NCBI GenBank assembly: GCA_951406725.2
Contig: OX597822.1
Coordinates: forward strand, 41,416,001 to 41,480,000
DNA from: Octopus vulgaris
Lineage: Eukaryota
Direction of reading: 5' to 3'
Length of the DNA stretch: 64,000 nt
A program made the translations under genes and the position numbers. The notes below the pieces were generated by a model. That model did no database searches and was not told the origin of the DNA. It worked only from the letters and a program-made list of their open reading frames with translations. Position 1 is the first letter of the stretch. The number at the start of each line of letters is the position of its first letter. Below, piece by piece: positions 42,567-54,900 of the stretch.

Positions 42567-43077
42567 TGTGTGTGTGTGTGTAGTATGAAATATGGATTCA
42601 GAGAACTGTGCAGTTACCTCTGTAAGCACCTCTTCGGACACGGCTATCAGTCCACGAGGTTATCAATTACGAAGTAGTGTGATGTCAAGTATCTGTGTAA
42701 AAGAAAATCCAGAAAATCCGAACGATAAGATCATTCTGCGAAGAATATATAAAAACCTTCTGACTTTGTGCTATACACACACACACACGCATACGGACAC
42801 ACACACACGCACACGGACACACAGACGCACACACACACACACACACACACAAACATACAAAGCCTCCGAGAGGAATTCTGTAAAGTTAAACAAGTCTGAA
42901 TTCAGGCCCCCAAAGGGATTTTCCTCCTCGAAATTACAAAAGCCTGTGATTTTGGGCTATTTTTGTTGGGGGTAGGAAAATTCCATCAGATACTTACAAT
43001 CACCTTGGTTCCTTGTGTGTGTGTGTGTGTGCGCGCGCGCATCTGTGTGTTCGTGCGCGTGCGTACATGTATATATA

Positions 43078-43474
43078 ACTATATAAAACAAAGAATTCTG
43101 CGCGCGCGCGTGTGTGTGTGTGTGTCTGTGTGCATGTGTGTGTGTGTGTGTGTAGTAGCTATGCATTTTTACAGTTTTCAACCGATTTTCACCAAACTTT
43201 ACACTCACATTACGTATGTGCCAAGGATGGTTATGCACTATAACATTTGGCCCAGAGCTCCCGCGTAAAGCGAGAAACCGAGAATAACGGTGTCTTACAC
43301 AGGTTTTTCTCTAAAAACTTCTGCAGTTTTCAACCGATTCTCTGCCTTTTATCTCTCTGTTTATTTCTCTCTTCTCCCTCTTTTTTTACATTCTCTATAT
43401 CGCTTGCTCTCTCACATATTCTCTCTCACCCTTTGTAATAGTCCCTCTCTTTTAGTTTATGTCTGTTTCTTTCA

Positions 43475-43511
<37 letters not shown>

Positions 43512-43610
43512 TCTTTCTTTAACTCACACACTAACTTCTGTCTACAAATTGAATCCGTGTATTTCAATTAATCAAGCGTAAAAATCTTGATTAGTACGCT
43601 ATGCCTAAGT
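43078..43610 (+). mobile_element. Probable non-autonomous Helitron-type element
   Basis: 5' ctatataaaacaaagaattctg followed by (TG)n and ccgattttcaccaaactttacac, a layout typical of non-autonomous Helitrons. Hairpin taatcaag/cttgatta near the 3' end. Confidence 0.5.
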
Positions 43611-43656
43611 GAAATAATGACTATATATATATATATGCCCAGAAACACACAAAAAT

Positions 43657-43732
<76 letters not shown>

Positions 43733-44750
43733 GTTTCTTTATTGGCCACACAGGGCTGCACACAGATGGGACAAGTTACAAGGTAGAGCTTTTCTTTTGG
43801 GAGATGAAAAAAAAACAAAAAACAAAAGAAAAAAAAAGGGGGTGGCGTAGGTTTTCGATCAAGAGGGATCGTAAAAGGGAAGAAAAGAACAAAATAAATA
43901 AATAAATAAATAAATAAATAAAATAAAAAATGAAAAGAATAAAAAGAAAAAAAAGAAAAGGAAAAGGAACAAAAGAAAAGAGAAATGAAAAAAGAAGAAA
44001 AAAGGGGGGAAAAAAAGGGGAAGAGGAAAAAAAGAACGATCAATAGGGATCGTGTATCACAGTGTTATGATATATGGTGTAAAGGGGAAAGCAAGTAAGG
44101 TTTATCCGTGGGAAGAAAAGCCTACGAAAAAGACCACGGTAACCTTGGTCAATATTGTTATATGTTACCACATTTGTTTGCAAGTGGGTAACCCTCTGTT
44201 TTCAATTTCTGGGTTCATAGGATTATGCTCAAGGTGGCTTCGTCATTCATACGTGCCATCCTTGCTACATTCACCCATCTTTTTTTAAAACATTCGCTAG
44301 ACAAAACTTGCCTCTCTACTCTCACTTTCCTTTTCAAGTGGTACTTGAAGAAGTTGATGAGAGATTGACCAGAGAGGAAAGTGTTTGTCTCCAATCCTTT
44401 CAGACACGTCCACCAGATACATTCCTTCGCCATAGCCACAAGGATGGTGAAAATAGCTCTTCCTTCCCGTTTGAAGGAAGGAGGCGTGACAATATTGACG
44501 ATAGACTCAGCTGATAAACCGACTCGTCCCACACGTGACAGCAGTTGTTCGACATAAGCCCACAGGTCGGAAATTGTTGGACACTGCACGAGTGCGTGCA
44601 GAACGGTTTCGTCGCTCTGACCGCATCTCGGGCAGGTCGGCCCCGTGTTTCTCGAGCCGTGTCTGTAGAACTTATCCCGAACGGGTAGCGCTTCTCGGTA
44701 GCACTGCCAGGCCAGGGATCTCTGGAAGTTGTCCATGGGCCCTGGCCCGT
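43733..44750 (-). mobile_element. 5'-truncated Tx1/L1-clade LINE inserted in (GATA)n
   Basis: ORF2 C-terminus, then a T-rich 3' UTR ending gtggccaataaagaaac. (GATA)n immediately on both sides. Confidence 0.9.
44215..44748 (-). CDS. Tx1/L1 ORF2 C-terminal zf-RVT (CCHC) region, 5'-truncated, stop-free
   Basis: RSLAWQCYREALPVRDK...CPRCGQSDETVLHALVQC...LW...AMAKECIWW...FKKRW. The N-terminal part of the listed ORF is microsatellite. Confidence 0.85.
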   Translation of the reverse strand, partial: GPGPMDNFQRSLAWQCYREALPVRDKFYRHGSRNTGPTCPRCGQSDETVLHALVQCPTISDLWAYVEQLLSRVGRVGLSAESIVNIVTPPSFKREGRAIFTILVAMAKECIWWTCLKGLETNTFLSGQSLINFFKYHLKRKVRVERQVLSSECFKKRWVNVARMARMNDEATLSIIL

Positions 44751-44975
44751 AAGATAGATAGATAGATAGATAAATGAGAGAGAAGCAAAGAGAGAGAGGA
44801 AGTGAGAGAGATAGAGGAGAGAGATAGGAAGAAAAGAGTGGGGTACACACACAGACAGGCACACACACACACATATATAAACACACACACGTACGGACAC
44901 ATTCACACTCACATACACGCATATGCACACACATGCATAGACATATATGTATGTGTGTATGTATATATGTATGTA

Positions 44976-45384
44976 CAGCAATTCCTCGTCTATCGTGGGT
45001 ATTACGTTCCCAAATCCCCCGCGATATGTGAAAATCCGCGAAGTAGAAACAATACTTTACTGTATATCTTTTTCTTTTATCATTTTTATAATTTGTATAT
45101 ATTTATTTTATTATAAATGCAAAACAACACCATGGAGGTATCGACGATATGGCGTCCGATTATTGTATGTATATATGTATTTATATACGTATGTATTTAT
45201 GTATATTGAAGATGCCTCAGGCAACCGAAAACAAAACAAATCCCAATGATAAACAAAGATATAAAACAGGAAAAAAAACACTCCCAGAAACGCTGCACAC
45301 ATGTTCAGTTAAACGCACCATTCAGACGAAATCCCCCCCTCCTCTGCCCCGATCGTGGCCTATATGCGACCACAGGAACGACTG
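44976..45384. mobile_element. Tigger/pogo-type MITE
   Basis: ta|cagcaattcctcg...atccgcgaagtagaaaca ... ggaacgactg|ta. The left end matches the reverse complement of 38575-38654. Confidence 0.75.
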
Positions 45385-45662
45385 TATGCTAGGATCAAGT
45401 GGACCATGTATGGGTACTTAGTCTTGCGAATGTTTTCCAGGTGATAATAATGAAACCAGCTGTTGTGCGGCTGCAGGCCACTTCTGAAGGAATTTTCTGT
45501 TAAGTCCTACGGAGATTGTTGGGCCGTTACTAATGTAGATATCAAGCCGATATACAATGCTTTTCTCTCGGGGATTTGCTCTTCGCAGACGCAGTTGGAA
45601 AAGCCTTTGAGGGTTGACCTGAGAATAAACGAAAACAATAACAGCAACAACAACAGATAATA

Positions 45663-45868
45663 TGAGGGATTGCTGAAAAGTTCCTGGCTTTAAGGGTGTC
45701 GCGAAAGGCCTGGTTGGAGGCGCAGCCTTCCGAGTTCTTTTACAGGGCTTAGAAAAACTGAAGGCCCGCCGCAATAAGTGTGTGAATTTGAGAGAAAATA
45801 AGATCATAATTAATTGATCCTCCTGTATGTTCTTTTACCCAAAGCCAGGAACTTTTCAGCACCCCTCG
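45663..45868. mobile_element. mariner-derived MITE
   Basis: TIRs gagggattgctgaaaagttcctggcttt and aaagccaggaacttttcagcacccctc. Confidence 0.88.
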
Positions 45869-46069
45869 GGTAATTTCCAAGAAAGGATGAGTAGCAAAAA
45901 TGATAGAATGCCGGGTTACATGATTACTATGTAATTTCATTAAATTAGAATGCCGAATTATATGGCTTGTGCTTTACACTACTATTATGGTAAAACGCCA
46001 GATAAAATTAGTTACATAGTTATTTTATAGTACTGAGCAGGATTAAATGACTACAAATAGTTATATCAT

Positions 46070-46235
46070 AGGTGCAGGAGTGGCTGTGTGGTAAGTAGCT
46101 TGCTAACCAACCACACGGTTCCATGTTCATTCCCACTGCGTGGCACCTTGAGCAAGTGTCTTCTACTATAACCTCAGGCCGACCAAAACCTTTTGAGTGA
46201 ATTTGATAGATGGAAACTGAAAGAAGCCCGAAGTG

Positions 46236-46292
<57 letters not shown>

Positions 46293-46477
46293 CCCAACAT
46301 CGCTTGACATCGATGCTGGTGTGTATACGTCTCCATAATTTAGCGGTTCGGCATAAGAACCGATAGAATAAGTACTAAGCTTACAAAGAATAAGTCCTGG
46401 GGGTCAATTTGCTCGACTAAAGGCGGTGCTCCAGCATGACCGCAGTCAAAATGACTGAAAGGAATAAAAGAAAAGAA
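46070..46477 (+). mobile_element. SINE family A, full length
   Basis: ggtgcaggagtggctgtgtggtaagtagcttg...accttgagcaagtg...tail. Probably one of the tRNA-derived SINE families described from octopus (OK/OR; not verified). Confidence 0.92.
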
Positions 46478-46536
46478 TAGTAGAATGCCGGTTTAAATGA
46501 TTTGTGCTGAGCAGTATCTTTATAGTAAAGTGCGAG

Positions 46537-46701
46537 GCTGCCCAACCACATGGTTCCGGGTTCAGTCTCACTGCGTGGAACCTTGAGCAAGTGTGTTCTA
46601 TTATATCCTCAAGCTGATCAAACCTTTGCGAATGGATTTGATTGACGGAAACTGAAAGAAACCCGTCGAATATGTGTGAGTGTGTGTGTGAGTGTGTGTG
46701 T

Positions 46702-46759
<58 letters not shown>

Positions 46760-46950
46760 GCGGGTGTGTGCTTGTGTTTGTCCCCCAGCACAGTTTGACA
46801 ACTGATGCTGGTGTGTTTATGTCCCCCGATAGAATAAGTACCAGGTTTTAAAAAAAGTATTTGGATCGACACATTCGATTAAAAATTCATCAAGGCAATG
46901 CCCCAGCATGGCCATAGTCTAATGCCTGAAACAAGCAAAAGATAAAAGAT
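46537..46950 (+). mobile_element. SINE family A, 5'-truncated
   Basis: Family-A modules present. Confidence 0.88.
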
Positions 46951-47429
46951 AGTTACTTTATAATACAGCGCCGGATTAAATGTCTATAAATGTAGTTATA
47001 TTATTACAGTAGAATGCCGGATTATATGATTTGTGCTGTGCAGTATGGTTATATTAAAGAGTCAGATTAAACCACTTACATAGTTCCTTTATAGTAGAAA
47101 GCTGGATTAAATGACTACAATGCAGTTATATTATTACAGTAGAATGCCGGATTAAATGACTTGTGTTGTCTAGTTACACTTATAATTGAAATCCCAGAGG
47201 AACTTATGTTATACGTTATTAAATTGCGTATTTTATCGATCCCAGAGGAATGGAAAATAATGGAGTCTTCGGTAGCAGTTGAACTCATAATTATAAACGA
47301 TCCTAACACGACGACCACGATAACAACATGTTTACCGTTCCCCGCTCCCTCCCGCTACCGGATCGGTCACAACGCTTCTTCCTCCAAGACTTGCTTCCTT
47401 CTTAAATATACAATCACACGTTATCTATT

Positions 47430-48060
47430 TCAGACATACAAACATACACAGACTCACAAGCACACACATATATACACATACACACACAAACATGCATACA
47501 TATATGTATGCAAACACACATATACACGTAAACAGACATACACATATACACGCAAACACACACATACACATATACACACAAACATATATACACACAAACA
47601 GACATAAAAACATATACATACAAACACATGCAAATATTCACACAAACACACATATACACATACACACATATTCACATATACACATATACACACAAACACG
47701 CACATATACATATACACATATAAACACAGACATACATATACACAAACACATGTATACACATATAAACACATACACATATACACACAAACACACATATACA
47801 CATACACACATAAACACACATATACACATATACACATAAACACATATACACACAAACACGCACATACACATATACACACAAATACACACATACACATATA
47901 AACACAAACATACACATACACATATACACACGAACACACGTATACACATATACACACAAACATACATATACACATATACAAACAAAACACACAAACACAC
48001 CCACGTGCGTGCACACATGCTCATGTACGCACATGTACGCTCACATACACATACACATAG
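47430..48060. repeat. Cryptic CA/TA low-complexity tract
   Basis: Degenerate acacatat/acacaaac units. Confidence 0.9.
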
Positions 48061-48159
48061 ACGCATGCCGTAAAAGAATCCCCCGTTACAGTATTAATAA
48101 TGACAACAACATGGAGAACAAGAAGATTATCAAACACACGCACCAGCACAGCGAAAATA

Positions 48160-48500
48160 ACGACACCACCATTATACCATCACTACCTCTTCCACAACTA
48201 CCACAACCACCACCAGCATGAGAGCCACAACTACAACCACAATCATTGTTATACCACCGCAAAAAAACACCGCTACTACCACCTCTACTACCACCACCAC
48301 AACTACAATTACCGTTACCACCACGACTAGCACCACCACCATCACCACAACCGTTTCCACCATCACAACCACAATTTCAACCGTAACTATAACTCTCACA
48401 ACAATCACCACCACTGCAACTACCACAACTGCTCCACCACCACAAGCATCCACTATTACTACCACCACAACCATCACCGTCACCATCACTACCACAAGCA
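48160..48500. repeat. Degenerate (ACC/ACT/ACA)n trinucleotide tract
   Basis: Low complexity. Confidence 0.8.
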
Positions 48501-48581
48501 CGTTCCCCGCTTTACTCACAAAAATCACCTCGAGATACCCAGGTACATCTACAACACTTCCAGAACACTGCTTCACCGCAC

Positions 48582-49455
48582 AAGGCCAGCTTTAAACCAG
48601 TTAAACATTTTTGTTCAAATTGGACCCCACGCATACCTTTCAGTGGACGACGCGACGATGAATTAAACCTTTCCTAATGTGGAGGCACATGGCCTAGTGG
48701 TTAGAGCAGCGGATTCGCGGTCGAGGGATCACAGGTTCGAATCACAGACTGGGCGATGTGTGCATTTATGAGCGAAACACCTAAGCTGCACGCGGCTCCG
48801 GCAGAAGGTAATGGCGAACTTCTGCTGACTTTCGCCACAACTTTCTCTTACTCTTTCCTCTTGTATCTTGCAGCTCACCTGTGACAGACCGGCGTCCAGT
48901 CCAGGTGGAGAACCTATGCGCCAAGGAAACCGGGAAACCGACCCTATGCTCCACAAAGGGCAAAAAGGATTAAGAAGAAGAAGAATGTGTTTATTGCTTT
49001 GAGGATTTACTCAACAATGCCCGTAACAATCGTATCAGGTGAAAGGAGGTTTTCAAAACAAAATCATCAAAACATACCTAAGGTCAATAATTTCTCAAGA
49101 GAGACTAAATAATTTGGCGATGCTATCTATAGAAAATGACTTTACAAAAATGATTTTCAGAGACTTCTCAGAAAAAAAAAAGAAAAAAGAAACCTGAAAA
49201 ATCTGTTTTCGAAAGGTCTATTGAGAAACGGTATGTCAGTAATTATCTTGACTTGTAATAAAGCATCGAAATTTTCATATGAGTCTTCAATATATCATTG
49301 TGGTTGATGGTGGAGCCTCAAGCCTTCAACGCTTATTTGCCTGAGACTAGCTAACTACACGAAACATAAAACACCAATGTTCAGTTTTTGTAGAGTAAAG
49401 GGCCCTATTGGCAATTCTCTAATTGGCTCTCGCACTTCGTATTCCACAACACTAT
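48582..49455 (+). mobile_element. hAT deletion derivative retaining the dimerisation domain, split by a SINE
   Basis: FPNV|FIALRIYSTMPVTIVSGERRFSK/IIKTYLRSIISQERLNNLAMLSIEN reads across the SINE. Outer boundaries are approximate. Confidence 0.8.
48681..48984 (+). mobile_element. tRNA(Arg)-like-head SINE (family C) with AATGTG TSD
   Basis: ggaggcacatggcctagtggttagagcagcggattcgcggtc...caggttcgaatc (A and B boxes), ending (AAG)n. aatgtg occurs on both sides. Confidence 0.88.
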
Positions 49456-49674
49456 AATAAAACTCCCTAAGCACTACTAAAAATAAGCTAACAATGCAAT
49501 CTTTATATAGATGCATAACCTGCTAAGATTAACAGCTAATTCTCATATAATCGCAGTTTTATACCTAGATGACAATAACAGAGAATGTATCTGTGAATAT
49601 CTCAGAATAGACGGAGTTGTCACGGATGCAGTGTCACTGGGAACCATAGAAAAGACTGCAGGTCCACAAAGACT

Positions 49675-49712
<38 letters not shown>

Positions 49713-49734
49713 ACACACACACATTATTCTCTTC

Positions 49735-50376
49735 TACTCTAGGCACAAGGCCCGAAATTTTGGGGGAAGGGGCCAGTCGGTTAGATAGACCCCAGTACGC
49801 AACTGGTACTTAATTTATCGACCTCGAAAAGATGAAAGGCAAAGTCAGCCTCGGCGAAATTTGAACTCAGAACGTAGACAGTTGAAATACTGCCAAACAT
49901 TTCGCCCGGCGTGCAAACGTTTCTTATTTCTTTATTGCACACAAAAAGCTAAGCATAGAGGGGGCGAACAAGGACAGACAGAGAGATTAAGTTGATTACA
50001 TCGACCCAGTGCGTAACTGGTACTTATTTAATCGACCCCGAAAGGATGAAAGGCAAAGTCGACCCCGGCAGAATTTGAACTCAGAACGTAACGGCAGACG
50101 AAATACCTATTTCTTTACTACCCAGTTGAAATAGACAGTTGAAATACTGCCAAACATTTCGCCCGGCGTGCAAACGTTTCTTATTTCTTTATTGCACACA
50201 AAAGGCTAAACACAGAGAGGACAAACAAGGACAGACAAACGGATTAAGTCGATTATATCGACCCTAGTGCGTCACTGGTACTTAATTTATCGACCCCAAA
50301 AGGGGAATTTGAACGGCAGACGAAATACCGCTAGGCATTTCGCCCGGCGTGCTAACGTTTCTGCCAGCTCGCCGCC

Positions 50377-50419
<43 letters not shown>

Positions 50420-50565
50420 TATTGCTTCCAAATTTTGGCACAAGGCTAACAAGTTTGAAAGAGGGTGCCAAGTCGATTACATCGACCCCCAGTGCTCAAA
50501 TGGTTCTTATTTTATCAACCCCGAAATGGATGAAAGACAGAATCGACCTCAGCGGAATTTGAAGT
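49735..50565 (-). mobile_element. Cluster of SINE family B copies with an internal local duplication
   Basis: At least four units. agacagttgaaatactgccaaacatttcgcccggcgtgcaaacgtttcttatttctttattgcacacaaaa occurs at about 49876 and 50133. Confidence 0.88.
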
Positions 50566-51864
50566 CATCACACGCATGTTATCACAGAGGCTCAAACAAG
50601 CTCACACGCATCCATTCTAAACACACATAGTGGAAAGCCCACACCTACGTAGCGTACGTACATACACAAACAAGTCCTGCATTCATACACACACACTTAC
50701 ACATACGTAATTATGCACTCACATTCATAAGTTCATACACATATATCAATACATACAAGGACATATCATAAGTGCACACATACACAGACACGAACATCAA
50801 TACGCACAAGAACATACATAATCACACACACACACATACATCAATACACACAATGATATACATGACTACACACATGCACACAGGCACATCAATACACACA
50901 CATGCACACACACACATACACTCACACACACATCAATACATATCAATCGAGATACACGAAGTGGGTTAATCACACGAATATTACAGCCAGGTTATTCGGT
51001 GCAGTCCCACCGCCTCAGCTTCTCAACCCCGTCCAGCCCCGCCCCACACCACTACATCCCCGCCTCCCCTTCTCCACTTCTTTCCCTTCTCCCCTACTTC
51101 CCCTCTTCATACTCCCACTCTTCGTCTTACCTTCGATTCTCCCCCACCTCTTCCTCTCATTCCACCCTCCCCCCATCTTGCCCTTATGACATTATCTCCT
51201 ACCACACCTCCCTTTTCTTTCCTACTTCCTATCCCCTCCGATCACTTACTCTCACTCACACCCCCACGTCTCACCTCTCTCCACCACTTTCACTCCACCA
51301 AAACCTCCTACCTCTCTCTTTCTCTATCTATCTATCTTTCTATCTATTTATCTATCTATCTGTCTATCTCTTCCTCTCCCTTACACAATGTTTACAATGA
51401 GACAACGTAATTTCACATTAGGGACAGATTAGAGACTTGAGGAGCGGGGAGGGGAGGAGAAGACATACTGAGAAAGGAAAGGAGGAAACAGGAGAGAGAG
51501 AGAGAGAGAGAGAGAGTAAAAGAAACAGCCAGAGGAAGAAAGGGTAAGAAAAAGAAAGGGAAGCAAGAAGTTACAGTGAAGAAGAGATATACATATCTAT
51601 ATACGAATGTGTATGTGTGAGTATGTGGTGGGGGGGGGGGTTATTATGAAGGGAAGGTTTGTAAAGAGAAGCTGAAGAGTTGCGTAGAGAGATAGAGGGA
51701 AGGAAAGAGAAGAAAAAAGGGGAATATAAAACCTGAGAGAGAAGGTAGAGTAAGAATGTTGTGGTGGTGGGAGGTACACAGAAGCGAAATCCAGATTTAG
51801 ACTTTTCCCACCGTTGACCTCCCACTATTAAGTGGTTTGGTTATGTTGGATTGTTGTTGTTGTT

Positions 51865-52020
51865 GTTTTGTTGTGGTTGCTGTTTAGCCCCAGGTCAGAA
51901 GTGATCCCAAAAGACCTGCGATGATGATCAAAGAGATTACAATTGCGGCTGTTGCATCTAAAACTCTATTATCTGTGTCCTGCGTGTTTTTTTGTTTTTT
52001 TGAAAGACGGTAAGGTGTGA
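51865..52020 (-). mobile_element. Degenerate retroposon 3' fragment ending in (CAA)n (family D)
   Basis: tttagccccaggtcag...gacct...tgatcaaag is similar to 56895-56945 and 57120-57185. Confidence 0.5.
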
Positions 52021-52057
52021 TTTGAGAGATTTAACTGTTACTATTAACAACCAAAAT

Positions 52058-52800
52058 AAGGTGGCGAGCTGGCTGAAACGTTAGCACGCCGGGCGAAATG
52101 CTTAGTAGTATATCGTCTGTCATTACGTTCTGAGTTCAAACACCGCCGAGGTCGACTTTGCCTTTCATCCTTTCGGGGTCGATAAATTAAGTACCAGTTA
52201 CGCACTGGAGTCGATATAATCGACTTAATCCGTCTGTCTGTCCTTGTTTGTCCCCTCCGTGTTTAGCCCCTTGTGGGAAATAAAGAAATAGGAAACGTTA
52301 TCACGCCGAGCGAAATGCTTAGCAGTATATTGTCTGTCATTACGTTCTGAGTTCAAATTCCGCCGATGTTGACTTTGCCTTTCATGTTCGGAGTCGATAA
52401 ATTAAGCATCCGTTGTGTACTGGGGTCGATCTAATCGACTAGCCCCCTCTCCACAAATTTCAGGCCTTGTGCCTATAGCAGAAAGGATCATTAATAAGCA
52501 AAGGCAGCGAACCGGCAGGAACGGTTAGCACGCCGGGCGAAATGCTTAGCAGTATTTCGTCTGCCATTACGTTCTAAGTTCAAATTCTGCCACGGTTGAC
52601 TTTCCCTTTCATCCGTTTGGGGTCGATTAACTAAGTACCGTACCAGATGCGCGCTGGAGTCGATCTAATCGACTGCTCCACCCCACCCCACTACCTAAAA
52701 ACTTCGGGCCAGGTGCCTAGAGTAGAAAAGAATCGTTAGCACACCGGACAAAAATGCTTACCGGCATTTCGTCCGTCTTTACGTTCTGAGTTCAAATTGT
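52058..52800 (+). mobile_element. Cluster of about 4 SINE family B copies
   Basis: A long-tail unit at 52058-52290 is followed directly by headless and short-tail units. Confidence 0.9.
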
Positions 52801-52847
52801 ACTAAAGTTTAAAATATTTTGTGTGTTGTAGAAGTGTAAGCAATTTA

Positions 52848-53248
52848 TTATCTTTTATCGTTCACCTGTTTCAGTAATTAGACTGCGGCCATGCTGGGAC
52901 ACCGCCTTGAAGGGTTTACTCGAACAAATCGACCACAGTACTTGTTTTTTAAGACTGCTACTTATTCTATCTGGTTCTTATGTCGAACAGCTAAGTTACG
53001 AGGACGTAAACACCCCAACACCGGTTGTCAAGCGGTGATGGGGAACAAACACTGACACAAAGACACACATAAGTATATATACACTTATATACGATGGACT
53101 TCTTTCAGTTTCCGTCAACCAAATCCACTCAGAAGGCTTTGGTCGGTTTGAGACTATAGCAGAAGACACTTGCTCAATGTGCCACGCAGTGGGATTGAAT
53201 CCGGAACCATGGGGTTGGGAAGCAAGCTTCTTACAACACAGCCATGCT
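52848..53248 (-). mobile_element. SINE family A, full length
   Basis: All modules present. Confidence 0.9.
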
Positions 53249-53629
53249 TGCAAGTCGTAGTTGAAGAAGTTAGGATCCAGAGATCTAGTCACTGTATGTA
53301 CTGTTGTTTCGATGTTCGATTTGTAACTACCCCAACGTCTTTATACCCAAGATGTCTAAGGGCTTCCTTCCGTTATGATTCATCATGGCATTCTGCACTT
53401 GAAAGACCTTTCTTTATAGATGCAAACCTGGAAATGTTTTTTTTCTTTTTCATCCAGGAAGACAAACAGTCGCCCATGCAACCAAATTTCCTCTTTCTCT
53501 CCAAATGATGTTGCCTAAGACCTTTATCTAACGACTGCTTACTCCATACGGTCAATCCCTTTTAGGAGAGTATGTTTTGGTTTGAGGGTTATTTTGGCTA
53601 CTGCTTCCATGGCAGTTTGATAACCTGCT

Positions 53630-54040
53630 GTATGTGTGTGTGAGAGTGTGTGTGTATGTGTGTGTGTGCTGGTGAGCGTGATTTTGTGTGCATGTGCAAG
53701 ATGTGTGTACGTATGACTGATTGTATGTGTGTGTGTGATGTCTATGTGTGTGTGTGTGTGTGTGTGCGATGTCTATGTGTGTGTGTATGCGATGTCTGTG
53801 TGTGTGTATGTGATGTCTATGTGTGTGTATGCGATGTCTATGTGTGTGCGTGTGTGTGTGCGTGTGTGTGTGCGATGTCTATGTGTGTGTGGGGGAGAGA
53901 GAGAGTGGTCGCATATGTGGTGAATGTGGTTGTGCATGTGTTTTCGAGATGTATGATGATCGTATATGTATGTGTGTGTGATGGCGTATGTGGATGCGTA
54001 TGTGTGAGTGTGTGTGTGTGTATGCGTGTGTGTACGTGAG
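53630..54040. repeat. (TG)n with repeated gcgatgtctat units
   Basis: Low complexity / minisatellite-like. Confidence 0.88.
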
Positions 54041-54279
54041 CATGTGGATTTAACAGTGTTTGATTTAGTGATATTTGTAAGTGGACCACAAAAAATATAT
54101 ATGTGTGTGTATTTATGTATTTATGTATTTATGTATATGCGTATGTAGTTAATTCCATGCCTATGGTTGTCAATGCGTTTGTTCGATTTTCTGTTTATCA
54201 ATTTCCTTAACAGTTTTGGTTCATTCAGGACATATTTGTCAATAAACATTTTTCTGTTTAATAAAGTAAACAAAAGAAG

Positions 54280-54900
54280 CTGAGGCGGGGGTAGATTCTA
54301 GTGATTGTCTGTGTCATTAGTGAATATAAATCATTTAGCAGTGGAGTGACGAAGAAGGAATATTTGATGTTTCAAACCGAACTCTTCCTCAGAGAGATAT
54401 TTTCTAATAGTTCTGAATAGATTAGACGGAGTGAGGAGGAGGAAAGAAAGAGAGAAGAAGAGATAGAGATAGAGAGAAAGAGTGAGAGAGAGTGTGTGAG
54501 AAAGGATAAACGTGAAGGTTGAGTGTTAATCAGTGGGTTTATAATGCATTGATGTGAAAATGTAAGAGCTATCATCGCTAGAGACGGTGATGTTGGAGCA
54601 AATTGAAGAGAAGTGTCTTAGAAGGCAGAAGTAAATACCACGACAGGAAGTTATTGATGCAAAAAATAAAGACAGAGTTCATCCCTAGCGAGTAATATGG
54701 CACCGATACAATTCACTGTATAATAACCATATAATTTCAAAAAGGTTGGCATAACTGGGGCCCAACATGCTACCCATGGCTACAACGTTAGAGTGCTGCA
54801 GGACTGACTGGAGAAGGGAAAGTGTACTTAGGCAGAGAGGGGTCACGAGCAGTGAAAGTTGAAGAATTATTTAAGTGCTAAGAGTCTGGTTTGTTTGGCC
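54280..54900 (-). pseudogene. Penelope-like reverse transcriptase remnant (a second PLE lineage)
   Basis: Minus frames NVVAMGSMLGPSYANLF (cf. GVAMGTxMGPSYANLF), TSMHYKPTD and LRLIYS. Heavily frameshifted. Confidence 0.75.

Larger units (their letters stand above)
45900..47185. repeat. Degenerate ~43-bp minisatellite interrupted by two SINEs
   Basis: Recurring (ag)tagaatgccggattaaatga core, about 10-11 units. Confidence 0.8.

Noticed and set aside
45900-47185. CRISPR-like repeat/spacer appearance
   Set aside because: The repeats are degenerate, the spacers recur, there are no cas genes and the context is eukaryotic. It is a minisatellite.
48218-48595. Thr-rich mucin-like ORF
   Set aside because: It is a degenerate ACN trinucleotide tract like others in the window, with no signal peptide or clear splice sites, and it ends in a hAT remnant.
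48681-48755. tRNA-Arg-like sequence (also 59827, 62600-62672 and the SINE A/B heads)
   Set aside because: A and B boxes are present but the cloverleaf pairing is broken and each runs into a SINE body, so these are not tRNA genes.
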